Virus record (IMG/VR): IMGVR_UViG_3300037042_003932
Location: 79,879 to 143,878 of that record
DNA: 64,000 nt
Strand: one strand, 5' to 3'
DNA from: a virus
A model generated the notes under the pieces. It was not told the origin of the DNA. It saw only the letters and a list, made by a program, of their open reading frames with translations, and did not search any database. A program made the translations under genes and the position numbers. Shown piece by piece: positions 20,818-31,283 of the stretch (within the stretch, counting starts at the first letter, position 1; each line of letters begins with the position of its first letter).

Positions 20818-21582
20818 CTATGATGGCGACGTTAGAGTCAAGCCGTTAGCGACCACCAATGGGAAGCTCGCGGTCGGAAGCACCTTTCGGGCCTCTCGGT
20901 ACAAATCGGCATATACCTGTTCGTCGGCAAGATAGCTGTTCCACATTCTCAAGCCATAAACTGGCGCGACTAACGTATGGTTGAACAGCGTGGTCGTCGG
21001 CGCTTCAATCATACTGTGGTCAACAACAGAGGTGCTAGCAGTGTCATAAACACCATTGACCATCGTCACCACCTCAAGTAGTGGCCCTCCAACTGTGTAT
21101 TTAGCACTCATGATGATGTGCAGAGGAGAACCCTTATGTAATGAAGTAGCCACCGCCGCGCTAGTCAGCTTCTGGTCGATATAGTAGCCTCCACCCCCGA
21201 TGTCACCACCGTTAAAGCTGGCCCATATCGCAACGTTAGAAGTCTCCCCTGCGGCAGGACTCTGGTACAGCCCAAGATTCCAATCCCCATCGAGAACACG
21301 TGCACTTTTCGCCTCAGTACCAGATTCTCCCAGGTGAAACATGTCCAACGATAGGAGAGCCTCAATCGTGACCGCTGTTTGCGACGTCGTCATCCACGAT
21401 TGATCCGCAGGTGCGCCACAGTACGTCAACGCTGGAACGCCATGGGTCGGCTGAATCGTTGGAGCAAACCCAGAACCAGCAAGAGTCCAGGCGGTATTGG
21501 CATAGTTACGAACGTCACCTCCGTGAAAGCGGAAGTCCACTACTGCGCTCTTGATAAAGTCTCGAGCTGGTGTTTGCGCCAT
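20818..21582 (-). CDS. LamG-like domain protein
   Basis: TIEAL..HIIM..TMVNG..GLRMWNSYL pattern. Confidence 0.55.
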   Translation of the reverse strand: MAQTPARDFIKSAVVDFRFHGGDVRNYANTAWTLAGSGFAPTIQPTHGVPALTYCGAPADQSWMTTSQTAVTIEALLSLDMFHLGESGTEAKSARVLDGDWNLGLYQSPAAGETSNVAIWASFNGGDIGGGGYYIDQKLTSAAVATSLHKGSPLHIIMSAKYTVGGPLLEVVTMVNGVYDTASTSVVDHSMIEAPTTTLFNHTLVAPVYGLRMWNSYLADEQVYADLYREARKVLPTASFPLVVANGLTLTSPS

Positions 21583-21591
21583 AGAATCCTC

Positions 21592-23547
21592 CTACTTTCG
21601 GAAGCGTGTCATATAGACCGCAATGCTGTCCGTGTGACCATCAATAACCAACTTTACCCACTGGAACATCAACGGCTCAGCGGTCTGGTAGGCCCCGTCA
21701 ACCGTAATTGCTTGCACACCTAAGGCGAGCGCCGTGACATCATAGTATCCAGTGGTACCTGCAGGATCATTAGTGGCGAGCACTGTTAACTTATCTCCAG
21801 CCGCGCCAATGTTCACACTGAGAGAAAAGGCGTTGTATCCATCCAATAAAAGAGGCTTAACGATCTCCACAGAGTCGCTAGTAAGATCAGCAATCAACCC
21901 ATCATTACAGTAATGCAGCGCATTAGTAACCATCGTCTTTGACGAGTCTGTCGCGGCATGATAGCCCTTAGGTGGTCCGTCGATCTCAATGATATACTCG
22001 TCCGTAGTCACCAACGTACCAAACGAGGTCGTCGTGATAACTCCTGCCAGCGGAATCGACCCATCAGGCGTCCAGGTACACACCAAATCCGTACCCCGAG
22101 TCTTGATAACACTCGCAGCTGCACCCGTAGGTTTACGCGTAATGCGTTTGATTTGAACAGCGTTGATATTCTCAGGAAGCCCAAAGATGTTGATCTCGTC
22201 AGCATCCTTCCAAGTAACCTGGAAATCCCCGGCGATGTTGCTGTAAACCGTCATATCGCTGCCTCCACCGTCCCCGCCAGCGGGGAGTAGGTGCCAGCCC
22301 TTGGTGCCGCTGGCGTTAGTACCATAATAGTACAAGTTACCCGGACTCGCGCTATCGTTAGCTAACGTAACCGTGTCCATTGCACGACTAATAGAATCGC
22401 TAAAGGTGAGAGGCACCTCAAATGAGTCTGAGCTAATCCCACCATCTTGGATGTTTCCATACTCATCAATTGTGACGATATTATCCTGGACACCATCTTT
22501 GATATTGCCGTCGCAGCAGTAAGTCGTGTTTCCAGTCCAAGTACCCGATAAGTCCGTAGCCACCCAATCCATACCATTACTTACGAGGCGTACAGATGCA
22601 AAGTATTGCATCGTAGCAATACTTTCAACGCCCACAGAGCTCCCGTGCCAGATTATCTTAGGTGATGCTCCTTCATTTGACATACCCACGAATAGATACG
22701 CAGGTCCAACGTACGTGCTTAGGCTAAGAATCCTAAGCCAATAACCGGAACCAAAAGCCGAAGCTTCAGGCAGTGTGATCGTAGTACTGAGCTCTCCACC
22801 TTCGCCGTCTGTATGAAAAACTGCGAGATCTCTATTTCGGTCAATCTCAGTTACGATGTACGAGTACCCTTCAACATACTTGTAGTAGTCAGGGATATCA
22901 CGAATGTTTGGGACAGGAGGAACGTTAAAATCAAATGCTAAAGGTTGGCTGAAGCTGTACGTACAAATCGGACCATCGCCAACCTCAATTACGCCTGTGG
23001 TTATCCGACCAATACAGACCAAGTTTCCTACGAGGTTGTACGTAGCAACCGTACCTCCAACTGGCGTAGCTTCAGTCAGAGGCAAATACTCGGATTGGGC
23101 TTCACGTTCTGTTAAGTAGAGCGTGTTGCCAAGAACACACAGGAGCGAAGCAACGTCTTCAGTCCCTGTGTCTCCTCCCAATACGGCGTAAAGCCACAAA
23201 TTGGCGTAATAGCCCTCGGGTATACTTTCAGGTTCTACTTGTGCCGGGAATAACCGATTAGGGTTATCCCACACGACAGGAACGTAATCAAAAGTTGAGT
23301 AAATAACATTCCCCAAAGTGTCGCCGTAGCAATACGGAATAGACGAGGAGTACGAAGGGATCGAATACCTCTTAGTTCCGTATTGGAGTTCTCCTTGGTC
23401 AATAGTGAGAAGTCCGTCTGTTATCACAATCTTACACGAATGCACACCCAGACGAGCACCATCAGTGTACTTAATAGCCCCGTCAACTTTGTTCGGAATA
23501 TCCTTATGGTTATCCCGCATATCAGAGATCTTCAAAAGTTCAGTCAT
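21592..23547 (-). CDS. Tail fibre/structural protein
   Basis: 651 aa; TITLP..SVRLVSNGMDW fibre-tip motif; LANDSASPGNLYYYGT..GTKGW motif. Confidence 0.65.
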   Translation of the reverse strand: MTELLKISDMRDNHKDIPNKVDGAIKYTDGARLGVHSCKIVITDGLLTIDQGELQYGTKRYSIPSYSSSIPYCYGDTLGNVIYSTFDYVPVVWDNPNRLFPAQVEPESIPEGYYANLWLYAVLGGDTGTEDVASLLCVLGNTLYLTEREAQSEYLPLTEATPVGGTVATYNLVGNLVCIGRITTGVIEVGDGPICTYSFSQPLAFDFNVPPVPNIRDIPDYYKYVEGYSYIVTEIDRNRDLAVFHTDGEGGELSTTITLPEASAFGSGYWLRILSLSTYVGPAYLFVGMSNEGASPKIIWHGSSVGVESIATMQYFASVRLVSNGMDWVATDLSGTWTGNTTYCCDGNIKDGVQDNIVTIDEYGNIQDGGISSDSFEVPLTFSDSISRAMDTVTLANDSASPGNLYYYGTNASGTKGWHLLPAGGDGGGSDMTVYSNIAGDFQVTWKDADEINIFGLPENINAVQIKRITRKPTGAAASVIKTRGTDLVCTWTPDGSIPLAGVITTTSFGTLVTTDEYIIEIDGPPKGYHAATDSSKTMVTNALHYCNDGLIADLTSDSVEIVKPLLLDGYNAFSLSVNIGAAGDKLTVLATNDPAGTTGYYDVTALALGVQAITVDGAYQTAEPLMFQWVKLVIDGHTDSIAVYMTRFRK

Positions 23548-23583
23548 GGTTTGCTCCTGGGTAATTCATCGAACGAATCATAC

Positions 23584-24483
23584 TCATGGCACGGCAATGC
23601 ACTCGATTAACAGAGTACCTTCTATGGCGTCTATCGTAGCCGTGATCGTAGAACTACCCCCTATAGATTCACCCCAAGCTTCTCCCGTAGGATTAACACT
23701 TACGTGATTTGTCACGTTATAGTCAGAGGTCCATGTAACTTGGTTAGTTATGTCTACAGGGTCAACCAAGTTTGTATACGTACCCCACGCGGTACATTGA
23801 GTTCCAGACCCAACAGTCACCGGGTTAGCTACAGTCTCAACCACAATGCTCTCAAGGGTATACACAACTGGTCCAGCATCGTCGTAGATAGACAGCATGT
23901 ACAGGAGAGCACACGTCATGTCGTCAGTAGCATTCCATGTGTTCGTCGTATTTATGATTGGGCCAACTTCACCCGTAGGATCAATAAACACGTAGCAAAT
24001 CGGACCAGTCGCATAAACAGTGTCACCCGCTACGTGCATTGTGAGTATTGGGGCATTGGGATCGGCAAAAATACGTAAACAACAGTCACCTTCAGCGAGA
24101 GTTATTTTGTACGTGAGAGGCATTGGATCTTCACGGTCATCAGGAATAGCCTCAGTAATGTCAAAACCACTGAGCACTGAAGAAGAGTACGAGAGGTTAA
24201 ACCACTCGTCTCCTCTATCCATTGTTGTCTGACCCTCGCCGAAGACAGGCATGACAACGTCAGACAATAGCGTTGAGCTAGACCCACCGTTCTCCCACGC
24301 ATCATTAAGCGCCTTGAGCAAACTCCCAGTAGTCCCGTAATTTGTCTCAAAGAGTACCCACTCATCAGCTGATTCACTGATCGTAAGAGCCGGAATAGTT
24401 ACGGGAGATCCTCCACCTTGAGCAGCACTGAGGTAACCATCGATCCAACCGAATGCTTCTTTGGTTCTTACTATCTTACTCAT
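23584..24483 (-). CDS. Virion protein with C-terminal bacterial Ig-like (Big_2-type) domain
   Basis: VTVGSGTQCTAWGTYT..DITNQVTWTS..VSV..G...G..TITAT. Confidence 0.65.
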   Translation of the reverse strand: MSKIVRTKEAFGWIDGYLSAAQGGGSPVTIPALTISESADEWVLFETNYGTTGSLLKALNDAWENGGSSSTLLSDVVMPVFGEGQTTMDRGDEWFNLSYSSSVLSGFDITEAIPDDREDPMPLTYKITLAEGDCCLRIFADPNAPILTMHVAGDTVYATGPICYVFIDPTGEVGPIINTTNTWNATDDMTCALLYMLSIYDDAGPVVYTLESIVVETVANPVTVGSGTQCTAWGTYTNLVDPVDITNQVTWTSDYNVTNHVSVNPTGEAWGESIGGSSTITATIDAIEGTLLIECIAVP

Positions 24484-24491
24484 TTGTTACC

Positions 24492-25709
24492 TCAGGATAA
24501 CATGCCAGGAATGGTGGATACGATTGCAATATCCAAATAACCTGACCATATAACGTCCGGTGTGTGATTAGTTGCATCCTGCACAATGAGTATATCCAAG
24601 CTATTGAGGTCTGGGCTCGTAGCAGGTAAGTAAATATCCCATAAGTCTTCTTCATACACTGTCGTACTCGAGATATTCTTAGTAATCGTCCAATCCTGGT
24701 ACGTGATTTCAGTAGCATTCGCGACTGCTTGGATCTCTCCGTCAAACGTTACCAACGCAGGCAAACTACCGTCAATGGCATCGCATTTTGCGACAACATG
24801 AAGCTGAATATTCAGGAACGAATACTCTGGGACTGGACCAAGGCTAAAGAAACCAGCAGGGTCAATTGTGAGCTGTGACACAGCGCCGCTAGACGAGGTA
24901 ACTCCGCTGACAGGTATTCGTACCGTTTGAGGGTTGGATACCGAGTCACTCGAGGAATTATCATACCCTATGGCCAATGACCGATGGAATACGTTTTGGT
25001 ACCCTTCACCAAAACAAGTAGACCCTGCTAGAGAGGTCACATTAGACCCAAAGACAAAAGAATTGTCACCCGCCGCAGCGCTATACTCACCGAAAGCAAT
25101 GGCTGAGACGCCCGTTGCTACTGAGTCTTTACCGAGTGCCCAGGCATAATCACCTACCGTCGTGGAGTTCAGACCCAAAGACCAGGAGTAGTCACCCTGG
25201 GCAGTTCCAAAATCTTTACGCTGTAACGACTCCGTGCCTGACCCGGATTCGAAGAAGGTGTCTCCTCCACCGCCTGTCCCAGCAAGGGATGCTAACTCAC
25301 GCAAGAACGCATACAGCTTTTCCCACCACCCCCACTCTGGATGACCAATGCTGTTATCCTGAATGGTTTCATTTAGGGCAGGCAGGCAGAAAAGCGTTCC
25401 ATTGATGTCAGTGCCGATGCCAAAGTACAGAGAGTCAACATCCTCGTCAGCCGACCCCGGATTAACAGTCAGCTTCGCAATGTAACCACCGTCGATCTCC
25501 GCAGAGAACGTAGCAGTCTGCGAGGTTGTTCCTCCGATGATTACATTCGACCCTGGGGGTTGAATCACTTCCCACAGGTACACGAGGCCAGCGTTCTCGG
25601 CTTCGAACTGTACATCTACGGACCCAGAAGTAGGAAGGATGTCCCGACGAGCATAACCAAAGGTGCCCGTGGTCGATTGATTGATTCTGAAGCGAGCAAG
25701 ATTTGCCAT
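24492..25709 (-). CDS. Adhesin-like virion protein (PKD-like domain plus YadA-head-like repeats)
   Basis: YLWEVI..P.GS..GGYIAKLTV; 14-residue repeats GDYSWSLG / GDYAWALG / GVSAIAFG / GDNSFVFG. Confidence 0.65.
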   Translation of the reverse strand: MANLARFRINQSTTGTFGYARRDILPTSGSVDVQFEAENAGLVYLWEVIQPPGSNVIIGGTTSQTATFSAEIDGGYIAKLTVNPGSADEDVDSLYFGIGTDINGTLFCLPALNETIQDNSIGHPEWGWWEKLYAFLRELASLAGTGGGGDTFFESGSGTESLQRKDFGTAQGDYSWSLGLNSTTVGDYAWALGKDSVATGVSAIAFGEYSAAAGDNSFVFGSNVTSLAGSTCFGEGYQNVFHRSLAIGYDNSSSDSVSNPQTVRIPVSGVTSSSGAVSQLTIDPAGFFSLGPVPEYSFLNIQLHVVAKCDAIDGSLPALVTFDGEIQAVANATEITYQDWTITKNISSTTVYEEDLWDIYLPATSPDLNSLDILIVQDATNHTPDVIWSGYLDIAIVSTIPGMLS

Positions 25710-25732
25710 CGATACTTATTCTCCGCTATTGG

Positions 25733-26917
25733 CTATGGAGCCATCGGTGAATTAGGAGAAACAGGCTTTCCTCGAAGCATTATAGCGTCTCGAGACGGCG
25801 GTGTCTCTTTGTATGAGTCCAACAAATCCTGGTCGCTGGCCGACAACGTCTGTGGTCCACTCCCACGCGCCTCTTGAGCCGAAACAAATCCTTCATCCAG
25901 TCTACGAGCGTTCGCGTCAGAAACTATCGATACCGTCTGCTGATTCGGGGTCATCTTGGACAAATCATCGAAGCTAGTAGCCTCAGGCATCTGCGCTTCT
26001 TGTTCGTTGATCTCAGCATCTTTGGACGCTTGTGTAATCGTAGCCATATACGACGCGTCTTCACGATTAAACTGCGTATTATAGAAATTGTCATAGTAAT
26101 CTGGCAGCTTAGTAGGCACGTTCTTCGACCCGCGAAGAATTGTGCGCGACCTTACCAAGAAGTTAAACGAGAAAGCTGTGAACAATTCGTTCGAGGATGC
26201 CAGATCCCAGCGGAAGTTGAGCATACACCCACCGACGATCAGTGAGTCATATCGAAGATGAAGCAACAGCCCACGTTTAGCTAGCTGTGAACCTCTCCCG
26301 AGCTCTGAGTACAGCCGAAGCATGTTCATGGTCCAGTCATCCTGGTATGTGTTCATCAGGATGCCACTGTAAGACCACGTAGGAGCTCGCTGACCAAAAA
26401 AGAATACCGCGTAATTATCCTCCAGGACCTCAGACACCTGGTACTTCTCGTCCAAAGACTGAGACACACCCTGAAGAACAAAATCGATGTAGCCTTTTCC
26501 GGTGTTCTCGCTTCCGGATGACTCTCCCAAGAGACGTCTAGCAACTTCAACCAGCTGCGGGTCTTTTCTTCGTTTCAGCCCTTCAATTATTCGGTCTACG
26601 GCTTGAGGGCTACCCACGGGGATGTACATCCTCGCGAGATTATGTAACCGACCTGCTGTTGTGTGTGAAGGATGACGCGCATACTTGGGCGTCATCATGG
26701 GGAAAGCAGAGTAAACTCCAGTCGCTAACTCAGGGTAACCACCAGCAGCATTCGCTCCTACGCCACGGTTGAGTGGGTCATAAGCGTTGTATCGCTCAGT
26801 CAACGAACCGCTGGTGACACTCTTGCCAGTGTTTACGTACTCGTAACGCCCAACGATGCCCGTGTTCTCAAACTGAGAAGTACTGGAGGAGCCTGACTGA
26901 TTGGAGTTGTCTGCCAC
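25733..26917 (-). CDS. Putative baseplate/tail-tube initiator-type protein
   Basis: Follows the tape measure gene; DFVLQGVSQSLDEKYQV..FFFGQR..YSG.L tube-like beta pattern. Confidence 0.45.
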   Translation of the reverse strand: MADNSNQSGSSSTSQFENTGIVGRYEYVNTGKSVTSGSLTERYNAYDPLNRGVGANAAGGYPELATGVYSAFPMMTPKYARHPSHTTAGRLHNLARMYIPVGSPQAVDRIIEGLKRRKDPQLVEVARRLLGESSGSENTGKGYIDFVLQGVSQSLDEKYQVSEVLEDNYAVFFFGQRAPTWSYSGILMNTYQDDWTMNMLRLYSELGRGSQLAKRGLLLHLRYDSLIVGGCMLNFRWDLASSNELFTAFSFNFLVRSRTILRGSKNVPTKLPDYYDNFYNTQFNREDASYMATITQASKDAEINEQEAQMPEATSFDDLSKMTPNQQTVSIVSDANARRLDEGFVSAQEARGSGPQTLSASDQDLLDSYKETPPSRDAIMLRGKPVSPNSPMAP

Positions 26918-26920
26918 TAT

Positions 26921-27181
26921 TTATTGCCTCGTCTGAAATTGTACGTCTGAAGAGTAGTCGGCTACGTCCATCAGCGAAGTCTCGTTAACAATGGTAAACG
27001 CTGTAGAAACAATAGGCGGTCTCATAGAGGGCACGTCATACGCGAAGGTTTTTCGTAGACTCGCCAGCATTGTATCGTTGACATGACGCAGCAAGAACTC
27101 CGCACGCGGCGGGATTTTCTTTGTTCTGGGGGTTGCAGGCTGTGTAACCTGCGACTGGATAAGCTGGATGTCGGTAATCAT
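26921..27181 (-). CDS. Hypothetical protein
   Basis: 86 aa, fills the gap after the tape measure gene. Confidence 0.5.
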   Translation of the reverse strand: MITDIQLIQSQVTQPATPRTKKIPPRAEFLLRHVNDTMLASLRKTFAYDVPSMRPPIVSTAFTIVNETSLMDVADYSSDVQFQTRQ

Positions 27182-27187
27182 CTAGTA

Positions 27188-30100
27188 TCACCCGTCCGTT
27201 GTGTTACCTTGGGTTTGCGGATTAACTTGTGCGTTCTTCTCAGCTTGTTGACGCGCAAACGCTGCGAGGGCTTTTGCACCAGTAGCGAAGTCTTTGGTCG
27301 CAGGAGCAAAATTCTCAAACGCTCTTTCCATAGAAGCAGCTACCGAGTCAATAGCAGCCATGGACCCAGCTAACTGGTCCGCTTCAGATCCCGTAGCCTC
27401 GAGCATGCTGATATCTTTACCAGCAGCACCCGTGGCACCCGCGACTCCCTCTTTTTCGAAAGAAGCTTTAGCCTTCTCCATCTCGCCCGAGGAATCCATC
27501 TTCTTAGCCGCTAAATACCTCCTAGCGGCTGCTGCTTGTCGCGGGTTAACACGCTCTATGGCCTTTATATCCACCTCGGTAATGTTAGCCAGTTTATCTC
27601 GACCAAAAGATGTACCCGTGAAATCTGAAGTTAGCGCATCACCCATAGTTTCAATCGCGGCGTCAGTTCTTTCAGATACCTTTATAAGCTGTCTCCCAAG
27701 AGTCTCAGAAGTACCACCTATAGATCTGTTATATTCTCCGGCTCTACGGAGTTGTGCTTTAGCTTCCGCCGAAATAATCGTCTTACCGTTAGAGTCAGTA
27801 CCTAACGCAACTTCCTCTAGCGTCTTGTCAGCCATAGCCTGTAACTGTTTAGCTGTAGCCTTAGGATTCTCCCGTTGCAGAGTGCTTATAAGTAAAGCTC
27901 TGTCTTTTTCGGTAGGTGTGCCCGCGCTACCACCATAAACTATACCCATAGCTACTTGCTGAGCTGCTGATGTCCCCAACAAAGAATCCTGGAGTGCTTG
28001 GGAATCTGTCCCGAATAAACCTCCACCCTGTATAGCAGAAAGAGAGAAGTTAATCGACTCTTTGGTATCTCGTATCTTTTGTTGAACATCTTCAAGATTA
28101 CCCATTCCAGAACCCGTATTAAATTCAGCTTCGCTAGTGGCTAAAATATTGGCCCCCTTCTCATTAGCCGCTACATCCTTGGCAAAGCGCACACCTCCAC
28201 CTGTAATGGCAGATTTATCCTCAGTCGATAACGTATCATAAAACTTCTGAGCTGCGTTCCACGCCCCCGTTGGATTCGTTTTGACCATAGCCGCAAACTC
28301 AGGTTTAGCGTTCATCAATTTCTTTATCGCGAGGTTTCGTACATCCTTAGACGTCACCTGACCATTGAACCCTACTCGCGTATACTTACTCTCAGCGTAG
28401 CGACCAACATCATGTCCTAAACCCATAATGAAATTCGTGCTGTTAATGCCTAATCTCTGCGATAGCGCCTCTTTAGCGTCCATTGATTTTTCATCTGACG
28501 CTAAGGTGTTAGCTTTATTGGCGTCTACGTATACCGCCCCCGCTTCTTTCCTGGCAGCTGCTGCTACTTTCTGTTGGTTGCGAATCTCATCAGGCGACAA
28601 CCTCTGCTTCATAAGCCAACCCATGCCTTTTTCCGCTGTGCCGTAGTCAATGTCAGCCCCAGCCACAGCCAAAGCTACACTCGCACCGCCAGAAGCAAAA
28701 GCTATAGGGATATTCGCCAATGGAGAAACCACACGTAACGCTTTCTCACGCCACCCCATTTCTCCCTGGTTATCACCTCTAGCTAAGAAAGCAGCGTCAC
28801 GCCAGACATCAGCACCACTACGCCCCGAAGGGTCAGACGAGGTAATAGACATACCCTTGGTCCCACGAACACGTTTTCTGCTAGCCCACGCGTCTACTTG
28901 GGAAGTAGAAAGACCTCCGTAGGGAGACTCACTCACATAATAGTCCCCACGCTCCCGAGCTTCTTCTTTTCGCTTAGTGTCAGCCCAACTCTCAGTAAGA
29001 GCACCAATACTCCGTCCGATCCCAAGTCCACCACCAGTGCCAGAACCAACCATGTTTCCAACAGTTCGTCGGACGTCATCCCACATGCCCGGCGTTCTAT
29101 CTTTGATATCTTTGTACTGCTGACGCGCCAACTCATCACGTTGCCGGTGATTACCTTCGCGTAACGACTTCCAGAACTCAGGACTAGATGCCATCTTCAG
29201 CATATCCGACGCCACTTCACTTCCGTACATCTTCGTAGCGCCAACAGCAAAAGCTCCAGCTCCCTTCAAGCCGAATTGCTGCCCTAGGCTCAAAGCACTT
29301 TGATACCGCATGGCCATCTGTTGTTCTGGGGACATCGACCTGGAAATCTCGTCGTTCATATCCCGAGACTGCAAGCCATAGAGAGCCAAAGCACCAACAC
29401 CACCACTCTGAGCAGCACGAGCGAGATTGTTCGCCGCGCCCATCACAAAGCCTGTAGCTCCACCACGACCACTCATCTGACCTGCCATCTGGCCGTAGTT
29501 CACACCCCAAGAGCCATTCTGGAAGGACGACATCGAAGCCCCAACGATGGGCATCGACATCATCGCCGCTTGGGCTTGCATGTTTCGCTGAGCCACACCA
29601 GAAACACCACCACGAAGAGCCAGTTCTGCGGGACTAAACACACCAGCAGAGACAGCCTGCTTCGCAGCCATAGCCGAAAACATCCCAAAGTTCATACCCG
29701 AAGCTCCGGATAAGCCCATCCCCTGATACAGCATGGAGCCCGCGCCACCGGCCTCCATAATTCCTTCGATAGTTGTACCTGCAGAACGCGAGTACCTGCG
29801 CATATTTCCGGCAGCAGCCGTCATGTCGTTCATAGAGAAACCCATGTTCTGCATGGACGCCATTCTACGAATAAGGCTATTCATATCAGGATCGTTAGTC
29901 AGCTCCATGAACTTCTTAACGCTGATCGCAGCTTTTCGGAGTTGCTCCTTAATCTGGTCAGTGTTCTGCGCGAAGTCCATAAGCCCAGCCTGTCCACCTG
30001 TGGATAACATCTGCATCATGTCGCCACGGGAGAACATGCCTCCGGTCTGTTGCTGGAACGACCGGCTATCAACCATATCCATGATTCCCGTAGCTAATTG

Positions 30101-30904
30101 ACGTGATGCTCCACGAGTAAGACCCATCCCCGACTGATGCAGCTGGGAACCACCAACCACAAAGTTCTGGGACATGTGCTGGATACCAGCTCCCATCTGT
30201 CGAGCTTCCAACTGTGGACGGAAGGGCATCATGGCAAGGTCGCCCATACCCCCTGAGAGACCCGACACTCCTGCCCCTATCATACCGATAGCCGCGCCCA
30301 AGAGTGGCGAACCCATACGCCCACCCATGGCCGCTCCCGCAAACGCACCTATCCCATACCCAGCCATGTTACCGCCTGCTCGAGGCGCTTGCATCGCGTA
30401 GCTGTAAATAGCATCTGCTCTGTAATCCCTCTGGCGCATCTCCTGGTCCCAGGCTGTCTGGAACATCGGCCTGGGAATTTGCGGCGTAAAGGGAGTCTGG
30501 ATGAGCGGCATCGAGTACATCGGGGGAATAGGAGCATAATTCGCACTCTGCATAGGTGGACGGAAGACGCCCATGCTCGCAGGAGTCATCATGATGGGTG
30601 AGGGTAAGTTCATCTGAGGACTACCCATAGCCCCACCCATCATGTTGGCCATGTACGGGTTAAACGACTGCATCGACTGTGCAGCAGAGAACTGGTGCTG
30701 GAACTGCTGACCAAAAGCCATGAGCTGTGGCATGTTACGCGCCACTTGGGGGCCAATAGTCGAGGCGTACTGTAGATTCGCGGTCGCTTGTGCCGACAAC
30801 TCAGCTGCTATCTGTGCCGGTGACTTTATCGGACCGGCCATCGTCGGCTGACCAACGCCAGGGAACAAACCCAAGTTCGCCTGCATACTATTGAAGTCAG
30901 ACAT
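27188..30904 (-). CDS. Tail tape measure protein
   Basis: 1238 aa, Ala/Gly/Met/Gln-rich helical; directly after the chaperone pair. Confidence 0.75.
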   Translation of the reverse strand: MSDFNSMQANLGLFPGVGQPTMAGPIKSPAQIAAELSAQATANLQYASTIGPQVARNMPQLMAFGQQFQHQFSAAQSMQSFNPYMANMMGGAMGSPQMNLPSPIMMTPASMGVFRPPMQSANYAPIPPMYSMPLIQTPFTPQIPRPMFQTAWDQEMRQRDYRADAIYSYAMQAPRAGGNMAGYGIGAFAGAAMGGRMGSPLLGAAIGMIGAGVSGLSGGMGDLAMMPFRPQLEARQMGAGIQHMSQNFVVGGSQLHQSGMGLTRGASRQLATGIMDMVDSRSFQQQTGGMFSRGDMMQMLSTGGQAGLMDFAQNTDQIKEQLRKAAISVKKFMELTNDPDMNSLIRRMASMQNMGFSMNDMTAAAGNMRRYSRSAGTTIEGIMEAGGAGSMLYQGMGLSGASGMNFGMFSAMAAKQAVSAGVFSPAELALRGGVSGVAQRNMQAQAAMMSMPIVGASMSSFQNGSWGVNYGQMAGQMSGRGGATGFVMGAANNLARAAQSGGVGALALYGLQSRDMNDEISRSMSPEQQMAMRYQSALSLGQQFGLKGAGAFAVGATKMYGSEVASDMLKMASSPEFWKSLREGNHRQRDELARQQYKDIKDRTPGMWDDVRRTVGNMVGSGTGGGLGIGRSIGALTESWADTKRKEEARERGDYYVSESPYGGLSTSQVDAWASRKRVRGTKGMSITSSDPSGRSGADVWRDAAFLARGDNQGEMGWREKALRVVSPLANIPIAFASGGASVALAVAGADIDYGTAEKGMGWLMKQRLSPDEIRNQQKVAAAARKEAGAVYVDANKANTLASDEKSMDAKEALSQRLGINSTNFIMGLGHDVGRYAESKYTRVGFNGQVTSKDVRNLAIKKLMNAKPEFAAMVKTNPTGAWNAAQKFYDTLSTEDKSAITGGGVRFAKDVAANEKGANILATSEAEFNTGSGMGNLEDVQQKIRDTKESINFSLSAIQGGGLFGTDSQALQDSLLGTSAAQQVAMGIVYGGSAGTPTEKDRALLISTLQRENPKATAKQLQAMADKTLEEVALGTDSNGKTIISAEAKAQLRRAGEYNRSIGGTSETLGRQLIKVSERTDAAIETMGDALTSDFTGTSFGRDKLANITEVDIKAIERVNPRQAAAARRYLAAKKMDSSGEMEKAKASFEKEGVAGATGAAGKDISMLEATGSEADQLAGSMAAIDSVAASMERAFENFAPATKDFATGAKALAAFARQQAEKNAQVNPQTQGNTTDG

Positions 30905-31283
30905 CTTTTCTCTTTTCCAGCATCTCTTTGAACTGCTCGTCTGTAACAGTCATCTGTTCAATTTTCCGCATCATCCGAGCCTGCTCAGCCGCTTTTCGTA
31001 CTTGATCTAGTATCCGTCGTTGTCTACTAGACTTGTACTTAGAATTGTAGCGCAGCTGGTAGAGTTCTTCCTTATACTCTTCAAGGAGCCCATCTACCGC
31101 GTCATCCTTCAGCCCAAAACCAACTGAAATCACGCGCACAAGCAACGAAACTAGCGAGAACTTTTCGTTTTTCTCCCGTAAAATACTTTCAAAGAGCAGA
31201 CGTTCTTGGAACGAACCAGTTGGTGGCAGCGGTGCATTATGCATATACGCATAAGACCTCACATGGCCCGCTGCCGAATTCAA
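30897..31283 (-). CDS. Tail assembly chaperone, second (T-like) frame, probably reached by -1 frameshift
   Basis: Only a TTG at the slip site and no clear RBS; in the -1 frame relative to 31280..31906. Confidence 0.6.
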   Translation of the reverse strand: MNSAAGHVRSYAYMHNAPLPPTGSFQERLLFESILREKNEKFSLVSLLVRVISVGFGLKDDAVDGLLEEYKEELYQLRYNSKYKSSRQRRILDQVRKAAEQARMMRKIEQMTVTDEQFKEMLEKRKDV

